Shown here in pieces: positions 36,996 to 52,098 of a DNA stretch of 64,000 nt (position 1 is its first letter; each line of letters starts with the position of its first letter). The stretch is from Euprymna scolopes (lineage: Eukaryota). The DNA lies in assembly GCA_053919585.1 (NCBI GenBank), contig CM132808.1; one strand, 5' to 3'. The position numbers and the translations under genes were made by a program. A model generated the notes under the pieces. The model saw only the letters and a program-made list of their open reading frames with translations, searched no databases and was not told the origin of the DNA.

Positions 36996-37311
36996 CTGGG
37001 AGGATAGTGTCATAAGGAACGAATATATATTCCCTCTTTAAAGATAACGGAAATACCTGGGAGGATAGTGTCATAAGGAACGAATATATATATTCCCTTT
37101 TAAAGATAATGGAAATGCCTGGAGGATAGTGTCATAAGGAACGAATATATATTACCTTTTAAAGATAACGGAAATGCCTGGGATGATAGTGTCATAAGGA
37201 ACGAATATATATATTCCCTTTTAAAGATAATGGAAATGCCTGGAGGATAGTGTCATAAGGAACGAATATATATCCCCCCTTTACAGACAAGAGAAATACC
37301 TGGGATGATAG
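36996..37311. repeat. Minisatellite, about 61-bp unit, about 5.2 copies
   Basis: Unit ctgggaggatagtgtcataaggaacgaatatatattcccttttaaagataacggaaatac. Confidence 0.95.
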
Positions 37312-38152
37312 TTACTGCTAACAAAGTAGGTAATACGTGGAAATGTGATATCTAGACAACAGAACAGATACTGCATTTTATCCACTCTTGAATTGAATAA
37401 TGAAAACTAGTACATTAATGTAAAAGAAGAAATTAAAGTGAGTAGAGAATAAAAAGAAAGGTGCATAATTCTATAAAAATGTATAATCCTATTAATAGAA
37501 GTAATGGAGTACGTTTTCATCCTCAGGCACCAACCTTTCATTACTAATAAATAGTGTGTGATGTTATGATTTTCAACACTAGGAGGTTCACATAAATTTT
37601 AATGGGTATACATTAAAAAGATACAGTTAGAAACGTTCCGATGGAAATAATATTTTTAAACAATTGTGAAATGTGTTTAACATAACCCTCATCAATAAAG
37701 AACACATGGAAATCTGTAAGTCATGGTTGCAATATTTTTAATAGCATGAGTGACATTGCTTGGTGTGCGTTAGGTTATACTGAATATCAAGCCTTATTCG
37801 ATTATTTGATGCAAACAAAAAAATAAATAAAAAATAAAAATAAAAGCATGTTTGCTTCGTATACGAATGAGTTGAAGGTTATCTGATTTTGCAGACTCTC
37901 AACCAGATATTCTAATTAATTCAAAAATGGGATTTACAATCGTGTGCAGAATGGACTTGTAAGTAATGTCAACAGTCGGGTTACTTCTTACGCACAAAGC
38001 ACAGGCGTTCTTTTTAAATGTACTTATAGCATGTGATTACTATTTTATCAAGTTTATGTATACAAGTTTGAGATCCTTTAAGTTTTCAAGAGACAGTGAA
38101 TGTGGTTATGTAATCTCCAAAGGCTCTTTTCCTGAATCAGCATTCTTTAATT

Positions 38153-38226
<74 letters not shown>

Positions 38227-39090
38227 GTATATGTGCGTGTGCGTGTTTGTAAAATATACAGAGAGAAAGAGAAAGAGAGAGAGAGAAAGAAGGAGAGGGA
38301 GAAAAGGCAGAAAAAAGGGAGGTGGGACGTCAAGAATGATGTTACTACCTTTTACCATTTTAATTCCAATATAATATATCGAAAAACATGGGGCTGGTAG
38401 GTTTCAACATAATCTTCTGCGAAAGTTCCAATTAATAACATGCCAAATCTAACCAAGGCATTTAGCATTTATCAAAGTAAACAAAAATGTATAAATAATT
38501 TACTGTTCAATTCAAACTCGGAAAACATTCCTGTTTTATTTACGAAGGGAAAACGAATCTTTTCAGCAAAAAGAAATTTTCCACGAGACGAGAAAAACAT
38601 ATAAACCTTTTTTCCCTGAAATACAAACTCTTGCTCAGATTTGCTATAAATAAATGTGAAAGGTTATAAAAACATTCTAATCAGTTTTCCTATTTCAGGT
38701 AAAATTTCAATGTTTAAACAAACTTATCACCCGAAGCTTTTCCTTTTCTTCATCTTTCACTCTATCATAAAGCAAATGTGTATTTATCTGCTGATTTTAT
38801 GGACATAAGTATTACTATGTGCTTCCTTATACAAGATGTACAGAGCCAAAAACCTGCTCTTTTCTAGCCTGCAAATAAAAACAATTCAAGCGATGAGGGG
38901 AAGCGAAAATGCAAATAATGAATTAGACTCCCCGTATCCCAAACTAATTCGGAAAGGAAAGAAATCTTTCATTCCGATTAATAAGTCGATTAAAGGGGTT
39001 TATTTTTGTTTGTATAATGAGAATATGACACCTATATTGTTGACATAATTTGATATGAACATAAAGTGTGAAATCGAGTACATATACGTT

Positions 39091-39157
<67 letters not shown>

Positions 39158-40615
39158 CCGCTGGAAGAGATATACCTTCAATCTTCGTTAAGACTTGTGT
39201 CTAGGAGAAGGAAAAATCGTCACGTAATCCCAGAGTTTAGCAGTTGTACCAAAAACTTTGGATAGTTTTACACCAAGTCTTCACCATTATAAACAAATAG
39301 TTTGTGTAGATTTTCGAACAATTTAGTTGTTGCGGCGGATCGCATACTTCGAAANNNNNNNNNNNNNNNNNNNNNNNNNNNNNNNNNNNNNNNNNNNNNN
39401 NNNNNNNNNNNNNNNNNNNNNNNNNNNNNNNNNNNNNNNNNNNNNNNNNNNNNNNNNNNNNNNNNNNNNNNNNNNNNNNNNNNNNNNNNNNNNNNNNNNN
39501 NNNNNNGTCTGCGGATTTGTGCAATTTATATATAAAAAAAAGGCTAATTAATTAACATTAACCTAAAAGTACATTTTTATGTAAAATTTACCAGATAAGA
39601 TAATGAACTATTCTACACATTTTAGCTAACAATATCAAGGTTTCTGTGAATGGACATTTTTCTTATTTTGATGCACGCTGTTGCGTCAGTTTGATCTAAA
39701 TGGACATTTTACACAGTTGCAACTATGTATCACACGTCACATTTCGTCTATAAAGTTAAATGTATTTAGCCTATAGAAAAAAATAGGCTATAGATAACCT
39801 TCCTCTAGTATATTGTAGACAACAATTAGGCCATCATATGTTCGGAGAAGACACTCTAGTGCGTCGTCTCCAGACTTGACGAGGCCTGTTGACTAAATGA
39901 AGTATAATCTGTAATATTCTAGAAGGATAGCTGAAGTTACTCATAATTGTAAATATAAACCACTATTTAAATGTATATATTTGTATAGACAGTTTATAAC
40001 GTATAGATTGATTTCTCCAACTTTCCATACATTGACGCAATCTTATCCAACAATTTTATGAGAATAAGATAATGCACAATTGAAATCTGGAATGCTTATT
40101 TAAGGTTTTACCGTTACTTTTATTAATTTTGATTCTTGAAAAATAACTGGCGATTATTCACAGTTATGCAAAAAGGTATGGTTGTGAAAATAATTTCAGA
40201 ATAATTTCAGTATAATATATAATATAATCATATTATACAAAAACTGAATATGAACTCAATGAATAAACACGGAAAAACAGTTTTTTTACCCACACTCGTT
40301 AAAATAGAACGTTAATAAAATAGACGCAATGAAAAAATAAATCATTATTACTATTGCTTTTATGAATATCAGTAAAAATTGATCTCGAATGTATGTATTT
40401 GATAAATCCATGAAATATGTAAAAACATCACAGATGCACATGTTAGATTCTACTAGCTTTACTTCACTATTTTATTATGAAACCTTTTTGCATATAGATC
40501 CTGTTATTTACTCAGTATTTTCTGATATGTCCTTTAATGTCAGCGTTTAAATTATTTATTAACAAGATTAAAAGAAAGCGAGGCTCTTTACATGAGACAT
40601 CTCAATGATAAAAAA

Positions 40616-41081
40616 AAACATGCATATTACAATTATTCAATTAAAACGTGTATATTACAATACATTCAATTAAAACGTGTATATTACAATACATTCAATT
40701 AAAACATGCATATTACAATACATTCAATTAAAACGTGTACATTACAATACATTCAATTAAAACGTGTATATTACAATACATTAAATTAAAATGTGCATAT
40801 TACAATACATTCAATTAAAACATGCATACTACAATACATTCAATTAAAACGTGTACATTACAATACATTCAATTAAAACGTGCATATTACAATACATTCA
40901 ATTAAAACGTGTATATTACAATACATTCAATTAAAACATGCATATTACAATACATTCAATTAAAACATATATATTACAATACATTCAATTAAAACATGTA
41001 TATTACAACACATTCGATTAAAACTTGTATATTACAACACATTCAATTAAAACGTGTATACAACAATACATTTAATTAAAA
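40616..41081. repeat. Minisatellite, 29-bp unit, about 16 copies
   Basis: Unit aaaacgtgtatattacaatacattcaatt. Confidence 0.95.
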
Positions 41082-41954
41082 ATTATACAATAAAATAGAA
41101 TAAAGGATACTTTTATTAGAGCAAAATTTAGTGGACACATTGAAGTTTTCAATGTTAGCAGATGTCTTTTTCATTCAATTTAATTTTATATAATGAGGAT
41201 TGAGTTGGTAGAAATGAATTTAATCAGTGTGTAAAGAAGTTTACTTTCTTACTTTAAGTTTGATATTAAAGGATATCAGAGGAAATGAAAAATTAAACCA
41301 AAAGTAGTAATTAATTTTTTTTTATATATTTAGCATATTTTTAAATATAGGTGATTATATATACATGCATATAAAACTGATAACGTATATGTAAACATAT
41401 ATATATATATATATATAATATAATCTACCTTTCTATCTATCGATCTGTCTATATACACACCTACATACATATGCATATATAACACGATTGCATATCTAAT
41501 AAGGTTACTCTAACTTTAACGAGTCAGTATATAAAAGACAAAACGTTATGCATACAAAACTAGAAATTGATAGTAAAAATTTTAGGCGTTCATATATCTA
41601 TATATATATATATATATATATCTCTCTCTCTATATATATATATATATGTACATATATACATATATATATATTAAATTGAATAGTGTATCTAAATTATGTA
41701 TACGTAATAAAGAAATTAAAAAAAAACAACCTTTTTAAACAATAACACGCACACACATAACAGAGAGGGAAAGATAGAGAAACGAATATGGGCGAGAGAT
41801 ATTCGTACAATGATAGAGCACTCTTGAATGCTGGTAATGTTTAATATAGGCATAAGATATCATTTACCTTGTATGTTGTTGTGATAGTGTAAGGATTAAG
41901 AATATATATACATATATATATATATAATAGTTATGATATATATATATATATATA

Positions 41955-42142
41955 TTAGTGTATTTAGGCAGCATTCCTTCATTCAGGCAAACATTATTAA
42001 AAACAACAGAGATACCTTGCTTAATGATTTTTTTTTTCATTTTTTCGATCTTTCTTTCAAAAAAAAAAATCTTACGAAAGATCGAAAAAATGAAAAAAAG
42101 AATCATTAAGCAAGGTATCTCTGTTGTTTTTAATACTGTTTG

Positions 42143-42144
<2 letters not shown>
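41955..42144. pseudogene. Fold-back palindrome of a PLE ORF N-terminal fragment between (TA)n tracts
   Basis: The minus strand encodes RKIEKMKKKIIKQGISVVFNNVCLNEGMLPKYTNI. Arms at about 41986-42058 and 42072-42144. Confidence 0.65.
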
Positions 42145-42212
<68 letters not shown>

Positions 42213-42592
42213 TTATGATATTTTAAATGTAATGCCAGGTGGTACTCCGGAAAATGGCTTCGAAACCTCTCAGAGGATACAATGAATATTACGTTAATCA
42301 ATACTGTAAAAAAATCATTAGTCTCTAGAAAGCATATTTTAACTTAAATTCCAGAAAAAAAAAACAGTCAGCTGCTCTCATCGACAAATGACTGATGAAG
42401 ACACTTATTTAATTGGAATAACGATTGAAAAGAAGAAAATTCAAGAAACCCGGTGGGGACCGGCTGTCTCTCATAAGATAGATAAATATATAAGATTTTA
42501 TCAGTGATAATGCACACACTAAATGCGGAAGAATAGAGAATAATAGTGCGAACAATTAATAACGAAATGATAATAATGCAGCTTGAACGTAC

Positions 42593-42730
42593 CAGTCATA
42601 TCCGGCCAACAAAGCTGTGGTAAAGGCCAAAGGCCGGGGACCCAAGTTGTGGTTGCGATTATTGGCGTTTCTGGGGATGTTGTGATCAACGCGATCCATT
42701 ACCAGCGAGAGCGGAGGCTCTCCCGGTAAA
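42593..42730 (-). CDS. Candidate exon (138 nt, symmetric phase) of an unidentified gene
   Basis: GC-richer island with acceptor gtcttcag and donor tg|gtacgt. Only one frame is open: LPGEPPLSLVMDRVDHNIPRNANNRNHNLGPRPLAFTTALLAGYD. Confidence 0.25.
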
Positions 42731-42859
42731 CTGAAGACTCCGTCATAGACAGCAGACACATCAACAAATGAACGAACGCATGCATAAGCCACGGAATGTA
42801 TACACGAACATACACGTAATATATATATATGTATATATATATATACATATATATATATG

Positions 42860-42902
<43 letters not shown>

Positions 42903-43035
42903 AGTACTAGAGATAAGTTATATATATATAAGATGTTTAAGGCAGTTGGCCGTGGCTTGGGAGGCAAATGCTTACAGGTATCTTCGAGGATTTCCTTGCC
43001 ATGGCGTTGCCAAAACACACAGCCAACACACAGCC

Positions 43036-43102
<67 letters not shown>

Positions 43103-45895
43103 GTGGTTGTTGCTATATTATAAACTGGTTTCTGTTAGACCTATTTATCTACCTCTCTTAGGAGGTGTAGGGAGGGGTGTAGAGAAAGCAAAAAATGGAA
43201 AAGGAAGAGAAGTTCGCCAAAATAAATGGTGTGGGATGGAGTGTAAAAAACGTGGGAAAATAAAGAGGCCAACTCTAAAAGAAAACAAGTATTGGCTGAA
43301 AACACACACACACGCATATATATATAGTCTAATTTGTAGTATTTGGAATTATACTGAGTTTATATAATTCAGTAATTTTTCATATACCAATAAATTGAAG
43401 CCAAAAAAAAGAGAGATGGCTTAAAACATAAGCTACAAAATGATCATGTTTCATAATTGAGCATTCATATACTGTTTGAAAAAAAAAACCAAGAGTTCAA
43501 AGAATGGGTTGATAGCAACAAAAAGTGTATTTCCTTGTTAGTAACAGTTTTTTCAAGACCATTTGGACAAATTCAAACAATATGTCGTTTGAAAAGTTTC
43601 ACGAGAACAGCCTTTCTTCAGACTTATTAAATAAAAAAAACACTTTAACAATACAACATTATAGAAGAGAACCATTTCCTTTATAATGAAAAGAAAACAA
43701 GGGAGATCTCTTTACCTCTATCGCATCTTTGCAAAGTATTTTTATAAAATATTTTTATTATTTTCCTCATTTTCTTGTATTTTAGCCGGTAAAAATATCT
43801 GCTAATATGTCAAAATTGAAATATTGGAAATTGGCAACCATGTCGAATAAACAGCATAAATGTGTATATTCTACAACTGTGCAAATACTCATGCATGCGT
43901 TTAACGGCATCCCTTTTAAATAGACAGAAACACAACAGAACCGTGAAAATTACCAGGAAACCAAAAGGAATATATAACATGAAGAATATCACTACTAATA
44001 ATTGTAGTAGTCATAAGAACTGTTCCGACAAATATGAAAAATAATCAGGATAAATTGGAACGAAATGAAAGTTTGAGGCCATACAACGTATGATAGCGAA
44101 TAAAACAGTGACAATCTTAGAATCATTGAATGCAGACACCATAACTCGCATCACCGACGAATGTGAACCAACGACAAAGCTCTTTAAAAATAATTCAAAG
44201 TAAACGAATTTACTTTGCTCGAAATCCACGAAAACGTTTTATTCAATACTTGCTTACATGGTCCAAGTTAACAGAAAAATAGGTAGGATTTCGAACTTGG
44301 AAATGATCCTTAAAATAGTCATAAATTGTAAGTTTTTAACAAATATTGAAAACTTTGCCCTAAATCATCCGGGAATTTCGACAAACTTGTGTACATGCAC
44401 ACGTTTCGATTTTTTTATAGCGTTTATTGATACTAATCTTGTATACTCCATGCAGTGTCATGCAGTAGTCTCGAGATGCTCTGGTTATTCCCGATCACAA
44501 CTTCTTGACGCAAGTATACGTATTACTTCTAAGAAACTTCATGAGATAGCTTAACTATAATTGGATGCCCCTACCCTAATTTCAATACCAGGGATAACCA
44601 CTTTGTCGACTCTCTTAGCATGTCACTCAATCGCAGGAAAATACTTCTATATCCCAAAATAAACAGTAGCTTATGCAACAATTATGGTTCACAAAAGGTA
44701 CTGAGAAAACGTATTCTTTTTAGATAAGCGATTGAATGACTAAACATGAATTTTACAATGAATGGTGAAAAATGTAGTATTCATAACTGATTACCTCACT
44801 AAATTAACCAACAGAAACCCAACATTGTTATCAGTCAATATGAACAGCAAAAACAGTGCTATACTATAAAACAAACACACATACTTATCGCTATGATAAT
44901 TTGTGACTGTCGCAACCGAGATATTGGTTGAATTTAAACGGATTTACCAACGTTCTTAAATGTAACAATTTACGGAGATTATCATGTTTTTACAAAATCT
45001 TTCTCACATTTCTTCTATTTCGACAAGTAAATCAAGGACGGGCCCATTCTTGAGATGCGTCAAAGAGACATGGGGGACGAGTAGAATCTCCATTCGTAGT
45101 AAATTACACTCCATTGTTACTTTTATTTTTCTCATACAACGTATATTGATTCTGAAGCGCAAGGGATTATCGTGATAAGGATCTAATTTCAAAAGGGCAA
45201 TTTGGCTGGGTAGCAAATTTGTTTATATTCACATTAAATTGAACTGAAATTTCTGCATACTGATAATGTAAGGGAAACAAGGAGCAGAAAGAGAATTTCA
45301 AAACAAAGCGATCCACAAATAGAATCTATCAAAGTGGAAAATCTTCCAGCATTTAAGGACCTCCATAGTTTGCGAAAAGGATTGCGATGAATATGCGGGG
45401 GAGATTTTTTATTTCGCTTCAGTGCAATCGCATCAGAGAACGTTACGTATAAGTACTTATACAATAAGCACATGGATGCAACACGTCAGCGATGTAACAG
45501 ACGATGAACCATAAATACCAATGTAAGCGATCACATCATTTGAGAGGTTAAGGGGAGCTGAATTAGTGCTATGACTGAAAATTGCATCAAAAGGGGGTCA
45601 GCAAAAGATGAATTTTTCATTTAAATGGCATTTAAATGCCAGTTAGAAAGAGAGATGACATGGTCGTCGATCATTCTCCTTATAAATAACAAAGTCAAAA
45701 TTATGATAGAATATTGCTGTAAAAGTGATGGTTTGGAGATATCTAACGGATTGTTTAGGCTAGTATTTTACAGGGAGTGTTAAGAACTGAAGTCTACCGG
45801 TGTATGAGAAAATTATCAATAAGAACCTTTGTTCTTGGGAAAGTTATCTGATTGTGGTTTATGGGGAGGTGACTGATTATCCAATCAGGACGTAC

Positions 45896-45981
45896 CAAGG
45901 TGTAACGGATTTGGACGATGATTGGTTAGATGGAAAACCCAAGTTCGCTCATACCCACGACACTCCTTCATACATAAGGCA
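45896..45981 (-). CDS. Candidate exon (86 nt) of an unidentified gene
   Basis: Acceptor ttttctctgatctgcag and donor ttg|gtacgt. Only one frame is open: ALCMKECRGYERTWVFHLTNHRPNPLHL. Confidence 0.25.
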
Positions 45982-48900
45982 CTGCAGATCAGAGAAAATC
46001 AGTTTTGAGCTCAATTTTGGAGTCTGGTTGAACTCGGAGGCAGACTGTTCACCGCCCAACTCACACCCGCGAAGTACGTGTCCGATAATCAAGAAAGCAC
46101 CAGTAAAAATAGAAAAAAAAGGCCATCGTAACAACAAGTAAAAGAAACTTGAAATCGAAATTTTTATTTTTTCATTTTTAATTCTCCTGTGAAAAATGTA
46201 CATAATTATTTTTATTGTCCTCTTCTTGTGAATAATTAATTTCATACGAAAACTACTACTAGAGTCGGCGTCGATTCTTCTTCTTCTTCTTCTTCTTCTT
46301 CTTTTTCTTCTTCTTCTTCTTCTTCTTATTATTATTACTAGTGAACTTAAGGAAACACAACCAAGTTGAATGATCTTGTTCAGCGGAAGAAAGAAAGATA
46401 AAAGATCATCAACTGCTGCATCCAGCGTCATATCAAACCTGTTTCATGAAAGCGACTGAAACGTCATTGCAGGACTTTGGTGGATGTTCGAGCCGAACCA
46501 CCTAGGACTAAACTTGTAACTGTGTGGACATTATGGTCTTCTTCGTGTTTCATCTTTACCGAGGGAAGTCGGGTCTTCGCACCTCGTTATACCTTATATA
46601 CTACTAAAACTCTATGAGAAGCTCGGTATATCAGGATAGGTTTGTGAAAATTTTGATGTAATTCTGCCGTGAAGTTTCAAAGCCTTGAAATGACAGACAT
46701 TCAGACAGAAAAATTATTCTGAATTATAATATAAAACGCCCAGCGTGGACGAGTACTTCCAACTTTATCTGAACATTTATTTTATCGTTTGTCTTTTGTA
46801 CGCATGCATGGATCCATGTAAACTCATCTTTTCCTCCTTTACTTTTCTCAGCCTCTTTATTCTTTATCTATTTTATCTGTCTATCTTCTGTACCTCATTT
46901 TATAGTATTTGCCTTCCCCCTAATTTCCCCCATGTCTCTCTCTTAATCGTCTGTTTTCTACTCGCCTGCGTCTCCATTCTCTTCTCACAAAGATAACAGA
47001 AAGAAAATTACAAGAGGATTTATTAGGAGAAAAACACATCCAAACAGTCGTCAATTAAGATCTAATTTGTAATTTCTTGGGTAAGCCAATCGTTTTTGGC
47101 CTTTATGAATATTTCACTATCTCTTTGCTGACGCCAACATAGTCAGACGGTACAAGATGCCAGCTTTTAACAACAGAATCGGAGTCGACCAAAACTCAAG
47201 GAGCAGATGGCGGAGGAGAAGCTTCCAGCAGTATTCTGTAGAAATTGGTAGTTTTATTTTGCCCATTTCCATTAAATGTTGTCGACAACATTATATACTG
47301 TAGATTTTGATGGAAATAATTTATCAAAAAGAGGAATGTTTTAATTTAACTGAAATATATAGTCAAAATTCAATTGTTTGAAAAGCACCATGATCTCAAA
47401 TTTTGAATCATGCATTTCATTTTAATATATTAATGCATAATTATCTAATATTAATTGAGATTTTGTTCCTCTTCTAGTCACACTTTTTAAAAAGTAATAA
47501 TACATTACATAATTTGTCTCCTTTCAAAATATAAGACATCTGAATTACATTTAGACAATTAGAAAGTTGTATTAAAAGCAAATAATCAGTTCCTAACAAG
47601 TAAAACAAATAGCATTACCGGAAATCGAATCCGAAATGTTGAGTCGTTCAGTCTAAGCTTTTAGCAAGTGATTTGGACTTGATTATAAATAGAGATTAAG
47701 CATTAGCTTTATAAAAACTTTATAGCTTGGTACGTGGCGTCACAGGTTAATGATTTGCATAATGTTTCAAAACAGGAATTCTAACATAAGCGATAGAATT
47801 ACAAAGAAAATAAATGAGTAAACATTATGAATAGCGTTGTGTATTTAATTTTAATAATCTAAAATAATTTATTTCGTTTGCACTAGATATTATATGCAGT
47901 TCTTTCACCGTTGTTTAATTCTACCAGCAGAAATGTTCAACCGAAAGCAGTATATATATATGCTTGCTGTATAAAATCCAAACGAATTTTGTCAATTAAA
48001 ATGTAAAAAAAAATGTAATATCGGAATGCTCTATTAGTTGGACTACTATTTCTATTCTCTCAACGTTTTAATTGATATAACGTACGACCTTTTTGAAGAT
48101 CATATTCTATTCCAAACAAAAGACTTTTATGTCGAACTCGAAAATCTATACAGAATTTCGAATTGATCCTTTTATTTAATTCAAACCGATCGTGTTCTTG
48201 TGTAGTCAGCTACTACTCGTTGAACCTTTAAGAAAATAATTTTTATTTTATTTGAAGTTAATGTTACTTATAATGAGGATTGGACCTTCGACCCCGAGAA
48301 AGTTGTCAATTAGAAGCTATTGTTGATTGACACTATTATCTGTTGCAGCAGGTTTTCTAATAAAAAAATAAAAATTAAGAATATTTTTACATAAGAAACC
48401 TTTCGTGGGAGCATCGTATTATTGATTGATCATCTATGATCTTTTTTCACTAAAACTACCCGCAGAATGTTTCAGGTAGATAGCCGCGTTTTCTCATTGA
48501 AAAATATCTAAAAGTTTTAGTGTAACGTCTTACTTAGCATAATTGTACAAAATTCAATATAGATATAATTTTCCAAATTCATCCACTGACGTCGGTATAA
48601 TGTTTAATGCTAAAATAATTCACAGCAATAGCAGAAATAAGAAACAATAAACAATAATATATGGCTTTGAAACGGGTAATGTGAAAGAAAAAGTGCTACT
48701 AACAATAACGTGCCAAACAATAAAATTAGAATTAACTACTTAAATACAATACAAGATTTCAGAAAAAAACAGCAAGTATAGATTCTATGAAAACAAAAAA
48801 CAAAACAAAACAGTACCTATATCATATATAAATTACACAATTCTGAATAGTAGAAAATACTTAATAAACTTTGATATGATAAGATAGAAATTGGAAACAA

Positions 48901-51323
48901 AAAACATACATTCAACACATTTTTAACAAATGTAAATAAGAAGTAGTAAATAGAAATCGGACGATTATGTTTTAATTTGACAAACAAATGCATTTAAACT
49001 AAACATGATTATAAATAAGGAAAAAAATTTCAAATAATAGATTTTGCAGCTTGATTTTTTTTTATATCCGATTTTATTTAGCCTCTGTGCAGTTTCCACT
49101 GATGATGCAGTGGCATTAGACTAGGTTATTTTAAAGACAGTTTAAAAAGAAAACTTATAGGTTATCTATATATCTATAAAAGTCAGAATGTGTGTGAGGA
49201 TACTTCTCAACTTATATACTCAACGAAATTTTTTTATCTAAATACTTAAAAGTTTCATGAAAAACGTATAATTCCGTTTCCCTCTGGAGCAAAAGGTTGC
49301 TAAGGGGTCAAAATTGAAAAATATGTTTCGTGGGAGTCCAACAGATTTTTATCTGTTTTCTACTGTTTGACGAAAGCTTTCTTATGCAATGTTTGCATAA
49401 TGTTTCAATGTTTCGTGTTGGTTAGAAAACATTCCCTGAACGTCCTGTCATACTTGATTAACTATCTCTAGGTTTTGGTTTCGATCTAAGCTTGAGTATT
49501 TTTTTTTACTTACAGAAGTGAACTATTTAGAAAAAAACATAATAATTGCATACATGTGTTTTCGTTTCTTTCCGATTTTTGTCCTTTTTTTTAAATTTAA
49601 CGTTACGTTTGATACCTACGGTACTTCTGTTTATGATAAATAAAAATGCTGAATTCCTTATAATATTTATTCTCATTTTACAACCGGGCAACTTATTTTG
49701 TTGATTAAGGAGTGACACTCAAACAGATCCAAAATCATCTAAATTAATTATCATAAATAATATAAGAGTTTTAAAATATATAATACTACCCCCTCGAACA
49801 GCAACCTGATAGATGAGTAATCAGAAATTCCTTTCCCTTCGTCAGGAACATCACTCTTAAAATGTGAACAAAATAGGAGTCTAGACTTATGAGGTTGGCG
49901 GATTAAGATCTGCCATCAAATTCTTACTTCCCATATTTATTTCAACCGAATCGAAAATTATTTTATCGCAGTAAAATGTCATTGTTACGTCATCTCAATT
50001 GATGGCGTACGTATCTCTTTTAAGAATACCTTTTCCGTGACTTATTGAAGCTTACAATTAATTATACCAAATGACTCCAGTTTTAATTGGACGAAATATT
50101 AAATGGTGTTATAATTGAGAGATTATGTCCGCATTGAAAATAATTTTACTCTTTTAACTGAAAATACTGATTTCTTTAGAAGTTGAACACACATAGTTCC
50201 TTTTTTTGCGAAGGAGTCACCACTTATCAAAGCCTGAAGGCCACTCGAGCATAAGCGTTGATGAGTATGTCACGTCGACTGTCAGACAATACCAGAATGG
50301 TTGATAACGATTATTGAAACTGAGCACCATTTCATTAGTTACAAATGATTATATTTACATTTTATCTGATAACAAGTAGTGACAATAGTTATAGGAAACA
50401 AAACTCTGACCATAGAAGCTCTGTTTAGTTTTAGTTACACAGAGAAAGAAAGAGAAATTTGGATGTAGACAAAGTTAGTGAATATTTATAGGAAGGAACA
50501 ATAGCTTGGCGCTCAATCAATCTCGCACTATAAAAATTAGGATAGAGTAGCGAAAGACTAGCCACGTCTCTTAATTGAGAAAATGGTTACAGGAAAAAGA
50601 AAAAGACACCTCACTAGATTTCGTAATCGGTTTTGTACTCTCTTGCGGCAGTAAAGGATGCTTTGAGCGGCATGTTCCCGGATGTTGCAACAGTTTGCAC
50701 AGCTACATTCTGCTATGTTTATTCCTGCTGAGTTTATGAGCGTTTTTTTAATTCTTTAGCCAAGTTATTCGTTACTCTAAGCCTATATTTGAACATTTTT
50801 GTTTGTGTTGTGAAGTCAAGTGCACAAATATTTTAATTGAAATTTATCCTTTTCTCTAAAACGAAAACAAAAAGAGCGAAAAATTATGTCATTTTGTACA
50901 TAGTTTAAATAAGAAGAGCAGTAAATCTGGCCAGTTTTTTATTGGCTAAATCTAATTTGACCCAAATGTTGAATCTCGCAATTTTTAGTGAGTCTGTAAG
51001 GAAGTACAGATCTCCAGTTAATAGGCAGGAATTTAGGAAAAAAGGCAAAAACATAAATAAATAAAAATAAATAAATAATAATAATAAAACAAAAATGTTC
51101 CTGCTTCCTGTCTTAATAAAATTTTTCTTTTATAGTCGATTAATACAGAATTTAAGATAAAAACGTTATGTGTGTATGCATGTACTGATACGTATAAATA
51201 AAATACACGTTACACAAATATTGTTAGGTTAACTGAATTGATTTTACATCTCTTACTCTTAATAAATAGGTAAAAAGAGAGAAAGTGAGTATCGTATATG
51301 TGTCATTTTAAACATGATTCACA

Positions 51324-51357
<34 letters not shown>

Positions 51358-52055
51358 AAGTATATCTTAACGGGATTTTCCGAGTTTTATACAAATGGTA
51401 TAACATTTTACAAATCGATATATGATTTTAACTCTCGATTTTATCTAGTTATATGACATTATTACATTATATTAGTTATATTTTATCTAGTTATATTACC
51501 GCCTCTTCGTGGCGTGAATATAACTTATTTCGCTTCAATTTCTTTAAAAATACATTTTCTGGCTGGGAAGATTAGTAAAATAGACGTATTTTTCGCTGAT
51601 GTTCTTTAGAAATACTTTATTTCTAAAATATTGATTGAGCTCTATCTATTTCAGCCACAAAATAGACTAGTATTTGTTTGGGATAACTATAAGCTTATTT
51701 ATTTCTTAGAATGATTTGTGATTAATAATAATATAAGGCACGATATTTTACTTCTAAAATCTACTTACTTGGCAAGGTTGTTTATTTCTTTTACTAGAAT
51801 AAATCAAGTTTTAGAATGAGAGATATAGTGTTTGTGTTTTCTATTTTCTATTGAATATTTGTTTTCCTCTCCGGATTACAAAACCACTTCGAATTTATTA
51901 GCAGTCTAAAAAAAAAATATTGTTCATAACATATCTAATTCGATAAAAAAAACTTATTTTTTTATATTGTCTATTCATATAATTTGAATTTTTTCATTAC
52001 ATTCATTAATGTATATATATATAAGTCATTTTGATTTCATCTTGAATGTCGTTTT

Positions 52056-52098
52056 CAAAATGTTTCGGTCAATATAACCGCTGACCTTCATCAGGTAT
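52056..52098 (-). ncRNA. Slightly decayed HHR with the same architecture as 32454-32496
   Basis: CTGATGA-a-ggtca gcggttatat tgacc-GAAA-cATT. Stem I is eroded. Confidence 0.6.

Noticed and set aside
40616-41081. 29-bp repeat as a CRISPR array
   Set aside because: The units are contiguous with no spacers.
42390-42432. CTGATGA...GAAA as an HHR (also CTGATGA at about 49099 and CTGACGA at about 54052)
   Set aside because: No credible stems I-III.
42590-42620. LAGYDW resembles the SoxE dimerisation motif VLKGYDW
   Set aside because: Only 4-5 residues match and no HMG-box exon was found in the window.
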